This document shows, piece after piece, positions 22,731 through 31,879 of a DNA stretch of 32,336 nt. The notes beneath the pieces are model-generated. The model searched no databases. It worked only from the letters and a program-made list of their open reading frames with translations, and was not told where the DNA came from. This DNA comes from Macrostomum lignano. Lineage: Eukaryota. The number at the start of each line of letters is the position of its first letter. Within the stretch, counting starts at the first letter, position 1. Made by a program: the position numbers and the translations under genes. The DNA is taken from the NCBI GenBank assembly GCA_002269645.1, contig NIVC01003201.1, forward strand, positions 79,636 to 111,971, read 5' to 3'.

Positions 22731-23040
22731 CTCGAACAGCCTTCGTGAGTGCTTCCGCGAGCTGGACTGTTTACTAGAAATTCCCTACAAAGCCCAGCAG
22801 CGCCAGTCGGCCCGCCAGTCGGTGCGCAGCTCCTCCGGCAGCGTCATCGGCTGGGCGCCGGTGATTCGCGAGTACAGTGCCCCGCCTTCGGCTGGTCACA
22901 TCAGCCTGAGCGCCGGTGAGGTTGTCGCCGTGCTGTCGCAGGAGGGCAGCCTCTGGTCCGGGCGGAAGCTCAACAGTCAGGTTGGACTTTTCCCTGCCGA
23001 CTGTGTTGGCCCAATCAGTGCTCAGCCCTCCGCGGAGTGA
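22731..23040 (+). CDS. vav: Vav exon 7 (SH2 end, C-terminal SH3, apparent stop)
   Basis: Acceptor ctccag|C (phase 2). SNSLRECFRELDCLLEIPY matches Vav NSLKDCFKSLDTTLQFPF; the SH3 is ...ISLSAGEVVAVL...LW...GLFPADCV. The seven exons sum to 2802 nt (933 aa + stop) with no frameshift. The stop may instead be an intron start (see findings). Confidence 0.9.
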
Positions 23041-23119
23041 CGCCTGGCAACTGGTCAGGGACCGGTGATTGTGTGCGTGACTAGCTTGCGTAATGTTGCT
23101 AATTGGGCGGGGGGTGGGG

Positions 23120-24443
23120 CAATGCTTCAGAGGGCGCTGCTCCCCACCCCAATGCTTCAGAGGGCGCTGCTGCCCCCCCCACACCCCAATGCTTCAGAGG
23201 GCGCTGCTGCCCCCCCCCCACCCCAATGCTTCAGAGGGCGCTGCTCCCCACCCCAATGCTTCAGAGGGCGCTGCTGCCCCCCCACACCCCAATGCTTCAG
23301 AGGGCGCTGCTGCCCCCCCCCACCCCAATGCTTCAGAGGGCGCTGCTGCCCCCCCCCACCCCAATGCTTCAGAGGGCGCTGCTTCCCCCCCACCCCAATG
23401 CTTCAGAGGACGCTGCTGCCCCCCACCCCAATGCTTCAGAGGACGCTGCTGCCCCCCCCCACCCCAATGCTTCAGAGGACGCTGCTGCCCCCCCACCCCA
23501 ATGCTTCAGAGGGTGCTGCTCCCCACCCCAATGCTTCAGAGGGCGCTGCTCCCCACCCCAATGCTTCAGTGGGCGCTGCCCCCCACCCCAATGCTTCAGA
23601 GGGCGCTGCTGCCCCCCCCACACCCCAATGCTTCAGAGGGCGCTGCTGCCCCCCCCCACCCCAATGCTTCAGAGGGCGCTGCTGCCCCCCCCCACCCCAA
23701 TGCTTCAGAGGACGCTGCTGCCCCCCCCACCCCAATGCTTCAGAGGACGCTGCTGCCCCCCACCCCAATGCTTCAGAGGGTGCTGCTCCCCACCCCAATG
23801 CTTCAGAGGGCGCTGCTCCCCACCCCAATGCTTCAGTGGGCGCTGCCCCCACCCCAATGCTTCAGTGGGCGCTGCTCCCCACCCCAATGCTTCAGTGGGC
23901 GCTGCTGCCCCCCCACCCCAATGCTTCAGAGGGCGCTGCTGCCCCCCCACCCCAATGCTTCAGAGGACTCCGCTGCCCCTTCAATGCTTCAGAGGACTCC
24001 GCTGCCCCCCCCCAATGCTTCAGAGGACTCCGCTGCCCCCCCACCCCAATGCTTCAGAGGACTCCGCTGCCCCCTCCCCAATGCTTCAGAGGACTCCGCT
24101 GACCCCCCCCCAATGCTTCAGAGGACTCCGCTGCCCCCTCCCCAATGCTTCAGAGGACTCCGCTGCCCCCCCCCCAATGCTTCAGAGGACTCCGCTGCTC
24201 CCCCCCCCAATGCTTCAGAGGACTCCGCTGCCCCCCCCCAATGCTTCAGAGGACTCCGCTGCCCCCCCCCCAATGCTTCAGAGGACTCCGCTGACCCCCC
24301 AATGCTTCAGAGGACTCCGCTGCCCCCCCCCCAATGCTTCAGAGGACTCCGCTGCCCCCCCCCAATGCTTCAGAGGACTCCGCTGCCCCCCCCCCAATGC
24401 TTCAGAGGACTCCGCTGCCCCCCCCAATGCTTCAGAGGACTCC
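23120..24443. repeat. C-tract minisatellite (CCCCAATGCTTCAGAGGGCGCTGCTGCCCC.., switching to ..GAGGACTCCGCTG.. near 23960)
   Basis: Direct reading; unit length varies with the poly-C run. Confidence 0.97.
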
Positions 24444-26741
24444 TGCTTCCTGCATGGCTGGATTGCGCAGCCAAAAAATGAAATGCCTCAAACTTTGAGG
24501 CATTTTGACTTCCACTTTTTATTTTTTCACATCTAAGAAATGCTTTGCAATTGTTCTGTTTTGCCGCGAGCCTATGTCGTAAATATCCATTACGTCATCA
24601 CCAGTAATTGTTTGTGGTTAAAATCTTAGATTTCGATCTAAAGCATAACTCTTTGTTTACATTTTTTTCATTGAATAACATACATGTGATTCTTATACTA
24701 TTTACATAAATATAGATGGCCTATGTAATGATTAATTTTTTCTGTTTTTTTTTAAAACAAAGCTACTTTTTTTTTAAACAAAAACTCCGATATTGTTCAT
24801 ATATATTGTCGAAGCCCACCCAGTTCAGACTAAGCTAGTGGATTTTACATGTAATTTTTTTGTTGTTAACAAAATCAAATATCCTTCTTACCTAATAAGA
24901 GTAGGAAGAGACGCACTTTATTTTTTTAACTATTCGCCCTTTATATATTACTCTGGTCAGTGACAAGTCTAGCTTATATTCGCACTGCTTTGTAGATAAC
25001 CTGGTCACAGACAATTAATATGTAGTAATAACAATGATCAATTAGCATAGCATATTATAGGTTTGAAAGCTTGTATAATAATATTTTTACAAATGCCATC
25101 CTAAATCCAGTGCTTTTAACTATAGTATTTGTCAGTCTGCTGCTTTCTGCGTCCTTTAAAACATTTGTTCTTCATTAATTTCAATTTTATCTGTACCTCT
25201 TTAATTTTAAAGTTTTTTTTTTAATTAATACCCTGGGGTGTTGAATAAATTCGTATCCAGAAATTTTAAACCAGAAGTTTTACTAAAGCAACTTTGCTAA
25301 TTACTTTACTATCAGTAGTCTGTTGCCTATACATTTTATCTAGGTGTATGCTCCTTATATTATTCCCTATTCCTTATATAATCATCCCTGCTCAGAATTC
25401 TTGTTGCCAAGGCTCGTTCGGAACCGCGGCGAAATCGGATTTTCTACTCGAGCTCACGGCCGCCCCCTTCCCCAGCTCCATCACCCTGCCGGGCAGCGCA
25501 TCTCATTCTGGATTAAGAAAATTTTATATTAATTCCTTCCCCTTCTCTCCCAGATCTCTGGCTGCGAATGAGGAGTACTCGCTGATCAAATCTGGCGTGC
25601 CCAGCTCTCTGTGTCCTCTCGTGTATAAGTCTGGCTAGTTGGCCGTAAAACTGCATTTCTAGGCTAGGGTGTAAGCGGCTTGGATTAAATCTAAATTGCT
25701 TCGCCTGAAAAATCTTTGAGAGGGCTGTAATGCTCAGTTGTGAGAGTTGGTTTCAGCTTCTGTACAACATCAATGCTGTTGAGTTTCCCTGGCTCTCGTG
25801 CAGAATTGTGTGGATCCAGATTCGAACCCAGGTAGCTTCACTATCAATCAGATACAATTAAAAAGACCGAATTCAACTGCAAGCATACTATATAGCTAAT
25901 ATCTATTGAGAATCTATTGGCGTCTGGGACTGGGTGCTTGTGACAACCTGTTTATTTTGATAATAGATTTAATTGCATGCGTCACGTAAGCTTTCACATT
26001 ATGCTTATACATAACAATACGTACGTTGAATATTAAGCTACTGCGTTCTAACTTTTAATAGCAGTTCACGACAGCTGTTCATAGTTTACAAAAATGCCAG
26101 TCGTGAACTGCTATTTTGTTTGAATGAATAGAAAATGAAGTTTAGAAACAGAAGAGTTTTCAGAGGCCATATGTTGCTAACTGCTCAATGCAAAGCAGTT
26201 TTACTTATTTTGCATCGTTTTGCTGGGCTGGGGCTTAATTTAGGGTGCGGGAAAAACACTCGTGCTACTGCTGCTAAAGCGGCTTAAAATTGATTGCTTT
26301 CACAACAGCAGAAAAATGAGAAAAAGAACAGGGCTAAAAAGCAAAAGCGCGTTGAAATACGAAAGAACCAAGCTGGAGGGGGGCTGCTCTACCCTGCAGC
26401 TACAACCTGCAGAATTGAAGCGATTGCGATTATAAATTAATGGGCTTTGAATCTAGCAACGCACACTACGCAACGGAAAATCAATGATGGTACAGTGTAA
26501 TAGGAAGTGTTCAGCTGACGTGTACACGACTTGGTGCTTGCAGAAACACAGACACACTTTAGTATAATGAATGTTGTGCCCTCTGCAGGCAAGCAATATA
26601 TATACAGAGCCATCGAGTAGCCATCAGATATCTTGGCTGAAGATTTTAATTAAGATAACTGTCTTAGTCAGACCCTCCCTGAAATTTCGGGACCCAAATA
26701 GCGGATCTCCGCACGCATCCAAGACCTACATGCATGCACAA

Positions 26742-26994
26742 TCTACCTAGTGGTTAGAGCGTCGGACTCATGACTGAAAGGCCGGGGGTTCGATTCCCGA
26801 CCCAGTCGGGACAATTTGTGTCCTTGAGCAAGACACTTGACTCTGCATTGCTTCAGTTCACCCAGCTGTAAAATGGGTGCCAGCATTAGCTGGGGTAATT
26901 GAGGCTGTGTGTGGCGACCCCTCAGTCTTTGAATTGATCAGCCGTACGCAGCCTTCAGATGCGCCGCGCAATAGCTGCGGCTGAGCTGTCGGTT
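26742..26994 (+). mobile_element. tRNA-derived SINE, copy 1, with CORE-like central segment
   Basis: A-box-like TAGTGGTTAGAGC, B box GGTTCGATTCC at 26787-26797, then TGTGTCCTTGAGCAAGACACTT...CTGTAAAATGGG. Second copy at 10200-10434. Confidence 0.88.
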
Positions 26995-27176
26995 CTGCGA
27001 CCTTCTTAACGACCTTCTGGCAACTTTACACTGTATCAGGCCTTGAGTCCCTGGGACTGGCATTAATGGCTTTGACCAAAAACAAAATAAGTCGTAACAA
27101 AACCTGCCTAGCAACAAGCATGCAAACGGCTGAGGTCTATGAGCGTGACGCGTGAGCCATCCCTGAGTGCTGGATC

Positions 27177-27743
27177 TTACGACACGTTCGTGTCGTTGGG
27201 AATGACACCCGGCACAATCTCGTTGCCCTCTTTGGGGTAGTAGACCACGATCGACATCACTATGGTGACGAAGTAGATGACAAAGAACAGCCTGTCGAGC
27301 ACCATGGCAACCGAGCGCCACTCTTGCACGGTGCGACCGACCCGTTCTTTGCCTTCGTGCAGTCGTTGAATGTAGCGCAGAGCTTTGACAATGTCTCGCA
27401 GGTCCTTGGCCAGGGTGTTCAGCTTTCGTCTGGCTATCGGCTCCATCGCTAGCAGGGCTGGCGCCATCAGCGGCTGCTGCTGACAGTTCAAGTAGCCTAA
27501 AGGATTTGACTGCGACAGCAGCAGCTGCTGCGACATGTTCGGCTGCACCGAGGCGCCGTTGACCCGGCCGTAGCTGTAGGGAGGTGCCGAAGAGAGCAGC
27601 TGCTGCTGCTGCTGAGTCTGCTGCATCTGCCGTAATTGAAACTCTGTCTGTTGCTTTTGCTGCTGCTGTTGCTGTTGCTGCTGCGGCTGGGGCTTGGCCG
27701 CCAAGGTCACAAAGAGCATGCGAGCTCCGTGCTCGATGGCCAG
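27177..27743 (-). CDS. Nicotinic acetylcholine receptor alpha subunit (anion-type), last exon: M3-M4 loop with poly-Gln, M4, stop
   Basis: Acceptor ccgcag|CTG gives LAIEHGARMLFV after PRWLKK. M4 signature EWRSVAMVLDRLFFVIY. TAA at 27179-27177. Confidence 0.92.
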   Translation of the reverse strand: MAIEHGARMLFVTLAAKPQPQQQQQQQQQKQQTEFQLRQMQQTQQQQQLLSSAPPYSYGRVNGASVQPNMSQQLLLSQSNPLGYLNCQQQPLMAPALLAMEPIARRKLNTLAKDLRDIVKALRYIQRLHEGKERVGRTVQEWRSVAMVLDRLFFVIYFVTIVMSIVVYYPKEGNEIVPGVIPNDTNVS

Positions 27744-28040
27744 CTGCGGGCGAGCGTGCGGTGCAGGGGCGGTTCGACTGAACACAAAAGCTTCGAACAA
27801 CACAGGCATGTACACTTCACTGTGCCTTGGGGGTTGGCCCTCTAGGCCGTTAATTGCACGAGCAGAGCCAAGCCGAGATTCCAATTTTGCCCCAAATTAA
27901 AGTGACTGCACTTGGAATATCCTCTGCAACATAAGAGCGGCGCCAGACCACTGGGTTACGGCCCCTTCAAACTAGCTAACCATGGTGTAAGGAATTCCCG
28001 CTGTATTTGGCAATACTGCGTTCGCAACACAGCGGCTCAC

Positions 28041-28159
28041 CTTTTTGAGCCAGCGCGGCACCTCCTGCCTGTTGTCGCCGCGGAAGTGAAAATTCACCAC
28101 AATGACAGACAGGAAGGTGGATAGGGTGATGATGCCCATGTTGAGGCAGTAGTACTGGC
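28041..28159 (-). CDS. nAChR exon: M3
   Basis: Acceptor gcgcag|GC. GQYYCLNMGIITLSTFLSVIVVNFHFRG...VPRWLKK. Donor AAG|gtgagc. Phases are consistent on both sides. Confidence 0.92.
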
Positions 28160-28459
28160 CTGCGCGTGGGCGGGGAGTTGGAGAGATTTGCGGTTTATTT
28201 CGACCGAGGCAAAGTAAAAAGATGGTTAAAATACAAAAATAGAAAGCTTTTTCGTTCCCGGATGCAGTCACGCAAGCGGTGCCATCCGATCCACAAAGTC
28301 TGCCCTCATTAACCACTGTCTGTCTCTGTACTCTGTCAATCATTTTTCTGAGCAACACCGCACTGCATTTCGTTTGAGTTACTTGAAATTTGAAATTTAT
28401 TCAAAATTGATTAACCTGACAACATTCACTATTTTGAAGTTGAAAATTCCTAATTCAGA

Positions 28460-29128
28460 GATCTGACAACATAGTGGAAGTCCTGACACTCTCGTCGGAG
28501 ACCCTGACAATCTCTTTTAGGGAATCTGACATCCTCTCGTAGGGAATCTGACATCCTCTCGTAGGGAATCTGACATCCTCTCGTAGGGGATCTGACATCC
28601 TCTCGTAGGGGATCTGACATCCTCTCGTAGGGAATCTGACATCCTCTCGTAGGGAATCTGACATCCTCTCGTAGGGAATCTGACATCCTCTCGTAGGGGA
28701 TCTGACATCCTCTCGTAGGGGATCTGACATCCTCTCGTAGGGATCTGACATCCTCTCGTAGGGATCTGACATCCTCTCGTAGGGGATCTGACATCCTCTC
28801 GTAGGGATCTGACATCCTCTCGTAGGGATCTGACATCCTCTCGTAGGGAATCTGACATCCTCTCGTAGGGGATCTGACATCCTCTCGTAGGGAATCTGAC
28901 ATCCTCTCGTAGGGATCTGACATCCTCTCGTAGGGGATCTGACATCCTCTCGTAGGGAATCTGACATCCTCTCGTAGGGATCTGACATCCTCTCGTAGGG
29001 ATCTGAAATCCTCGTAGGGGATCTGACATCCTCTCGTAGGGGATCTGACATCCTCTCGTAGGGGATCTGACATCCTCTCGTAGGGAATCTGAATCCTCTC
29101 GTAGGGAATCTGACAACCTCTCGTCGAA
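28460..29128. repeat. 23-24-bp tandem array (ATCTGACATCCTCTCGTAGGG[G/A])
   Basis: Direct reading; intronic. Confidence 0.97.
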
Positions 29129-29178
29129 GACCCTGACAGCCCAACCAGCCCGAATTCGACTGCTCAAACCGAACTCAC

Positions 29179-29265
29179 CAATCAGCGGGAACGAGTCCGA
29201 TGCAGAGGGAGTCTGGCCCTCGAGCAGCAGCATCAGCAGGAAGAATGCAACGAAGATGTTCATGC
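29179..29265 (-). CDS. nAChR exon: M2 and M2-M3 loop (87 nt)
   Basis: Acceptor ctcag|GC. GMNIFVAFFLLMLLLEGQTPSASDSFPLI. Donor G|gtgagt. Confidence 0.92.
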
Positions 29266-29676
29266 CTGAGCATTGCGAATCGATTGAGTCATTAGCAACC
29301 ATCACTAACCACGAGCTACATAAACAACAAGATCAGAATGAAGCTGCATTCAGTCCAAAATCGTGCAGATTTCTCTAGAGGTGGTTTTTTCTCTGCATAA
29401 TGCGTTTTTGCCAAGTTTCTCAAGCTAAAGCTTCAAATAAGTTTAAAATATTTGTTTGTTTCCTAATCCGTTTAATAAAAAATAAAATTATAAATCAACC
29501 TCAACTGAGACGTTTTACAAGCTCGAAGCTTCACAAGCTCCTAAGGTGAGCTATTGTTAATTTAGTGGTAAAATATCCGCTTGTGCCCGTCACCAGACCA
29601 GGTTTTCTAGTGTGGATACCCTTCCACCTTTTCTATTATACTTGTCCATTGTGCAGCCAGCAGGTGGCGAGCTCAC

Positions 29677-29957
29677 GAGCACCATCTTGGCCGGAGTCTC
29701 CGGCGGCAGCCAGAACAGCACCAGAGTGAGGGAGGACAGCAGGCAGCAGGGCAGGATGAGGATCAGGGTGGAGAAGGCGGTGTTTCGCCGGATCCACAGC
29801 CAGAACGTGATGTCTACGTAGGGCTCCGGGCAGCAGGGGTAGACCTGCTCCTTGAACTTGGCCGAGTGGTTCAGTATCTCCCACTCTGGACTGTCCACCA
29901 TGCCCTCAACGTCGAAGGCGGTCATGTTTCGATAATAGGTGATGTTCACTCGCGCAG
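29677..29957 (-). CDS. nAChR exon: loop C (YPCCPEPY), M1, PAK motif; one extra base near 29950-57 and one missing G at the donor
   Basis: EWEIL...VYPCCPEPYVDITF...ILPCCLLSSLTLVLFWLPPETPAKMVL. Acceptor cacacag| at 29958; donor gtgagc at 29676. Both junction phases are off by one. Confidence 0.9.
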
Positions 29958-30044
29958 CTGTGTGAATTTAGGGAAAGTTCTAACTGTCTCCGTGTATAAA
30001 TTATAACAAAAATATGCCAAAAGTGGGCTGCTTAGTTCAGTTGC

Positions 30045-30345
30045 TAAGGATATCTTGGAATGCTCTGAAACCGGTTGCTAAGGGCGCTAGGAGGGTTTCT
30101 TGGAATGGGCTGAAAATGGTTGCTAAGGGCGCTAGTAGGGTTTCTTGGAATGGGCTGAAAATGGTTGCTAAGGGCGCTAGTAGGGTTTCTTGGAATGCTC
30201 TGAAACTGGTTGCTAAGGGCGCTAGTAGGGTTTCTTGGAATGCTCTAAAACTGGTTCCTAAGGGCGCTAGAAGGGTTTCTTGTAAGGCTCTGAAACTGGT
30301 TACAACAGTTGCTAACGACGCTTTGAGGGCTTCTAGACGGGTTTC
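30045..30345. repeat. 45-bp tandem array, ~6 units
   Basis: GGGTTTCTTGGAATG...GCTAAGGGCGCTAG repeats at period 45; intronic. Confidence 0.92.
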
Positions 30346-30406
30346 TAAGGCCATCAGACAGTCAGTCAGCTCACCACCACATCAGCAATGCCCCCCCCCA
30401 ACTCAC

Positions 30407-30580
30407 CCATCGTAAGTCCATGGGCCGAACTTCAACCAGCAGACCTGCTTATCAAATGGGAAATATTTGATTTTGATTTCGCACGCGCTCTTGTAGATGG
30501 CCATCGGGTGCCACTCCACCGTGCCGTTGTGGTGCACCTTGGCTGCCGAATCGCGCCTCTCCTCCAACCTCTCGTCGGCG
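30407..30580 (-). CDS. nAChR exon: Cys-loop and loop B
   Basis: Acceptor caacag|[11 protein letters not shown]...[41 protein letters not shown]. Donor GG|gtgagt. Confidence 0.93.
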
Positions 30581-30697
30581 CTGTTGCCGAGGGGGGGATT
30601 CAAGATTAGCCAGAAATCAATCAGAGGGAGACACTGACCCATATTTTGAGAATCATATATTTGAAATTAGCTGGTCTGGGAACCGATAATTGGCTGG

Positions 30698-31398
30698 TGT
30701 CTCTTGGTTGGCGCCCCTGCCTCTTGGTTGGCGCCCCTGCCTCTTGGTTGGCGCCCCTGTCTCTTGGTTGGCGCCCCTGTCTCTTGGTTGGCGCCCCTGC
30801 CTCTTGTTAGCGCCACTGTCTCTTGGTTGGCGCCCCTGCCTCTTGGTTGGCGCCACTGTCTCTTGGTTGGCGCCCCTGCCTCTTGGTTGGCGCCCCTGTC
30901 TCTTGGTTGTGGTGCCACTGTCTCTTGGTTGGCGCCCCTGTCTCTTGGTTGGCGCCCCTGTCTCTTGGTTGGTACCCTTATCTCTTGGTTGGCGCCCCTG
31001 TCTCTTGGTTGGCGCCCCTGCCTCTTGGTTGGGCCCCTGCCTCTTGGTTGGTGCCACTGTCTCTTGGTTGGCGCCCCTGCCTCTTGGTTGGCGCCCCTGC
31101 CTCTTGGTTAGCGCCACTGTCTCTTGGTTGGCGCCCCTGCCTCTTGGTTGGCGCCACTGTCTCTTGGTTGGCGCCCCTGCCTCTTGGTTGGCGCCCCTGC
31201 CTCTTGGTTGGCGCCCCTGCCTCTTGTTGGCGCCCCTGTCTCTTGGTTGGCGCCCCTGTCTCTTGTTGCGCCCCTGTCTCTTGGTTGGTGCCACTGTCTC
31301 TTGGTTGGCGCCCCTGCCTCTTGGTTGGCGCCCCTGTCTCTTGGTTGGCGCCCCTGCCTCTTGGTTGGCGCTCCTGTCTCTTGGTTGGAGCCCCTTGC
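30698..31398. repeat. 20-bp tandem array (CTCTTGGTTGGCGCCCCTG[C/T]), ~35 units
   Basis: Direct reading; intronic. Confidence 0.97.
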
Positions 31399-31544
31399 CA
31401 GTTTTATTTATTGATAGCTCTTGGGAGAACGCATTTTTTGAGACTAATTGAGGGTCCGCACCCCCTGGTCCCCTCTGAGGATACCAATGCCCCCGATGTA
31501 CATAATCATTAGTATGTTAAGCATTCAAAGCATTCAGAGCTCAC

Positions 31545-31654
31545 TAGTTGTACAGCGCAATGTCCGGCAGCCACAGTTTTTCTGGTGGGAATGTGCAGCA
31601 ACTTGATGCTGACTCCTCCTCAGGCTCCCAGCGCAGGTGATAGTCAACCCATTG
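31545..31654 (-). CDS. nAChR exon: loop A (110 nt), containing a compensating -1/+1 frameshift pair; upstream exons lie outside the window
   Basis: Acceptor ccgcag|CAA. QWVDYHLRWEPEE..(other frame SIKLLHIP)..PEKLWLPDIALYN. Donor TA|gtgagc; TA+C forms Tyr with the next exon. Confidence 0.88.
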
Positions 31655-31879
31655 CTGCGGGTACAGGTGAGGACGGGAGGCAGTTGCTACCCTTTCTGGG
31701 CCATTCGAGGACTCGGGATTATCGCTCAAGAAATGATTTATGAATTATGAGCGCAAGTTGTGGGATTCTGGGATGAAAGAAGCACAAGAGATGATGAAGG
31801 TTATGAAAAATGATACAAGACATTGAAGACACGAGAGCTGAGGTAGAATAAACAGAAATCTGGGATAGAGTGCACACAA

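Noticed and set aside
23065-24536. Proline-rich 345-477 aa ORFs after Vav
   Set aside because: All three frames are open and the unit length varies by non-multiples of three, so there is no coding constraint.
25800-25840. B-box-like GGGTTCGAATC on the minus strand (possible SINE/tRNA fragment)
   Set aside because: No A box or extended similarity could be supported by eye.
26742-26810. tRNA-Met gene
   Set aside because: No convincing acceptor stem, the anticodon is not conserved in the second copy, and homology continues ~190 bp past the B box, so it is a SINE head.
28450-31512. Repeat ORFs at 28450-29144, 30014-30415 and 30653-31512
   Set aside because: Intronic arrays of the nAChR gene.
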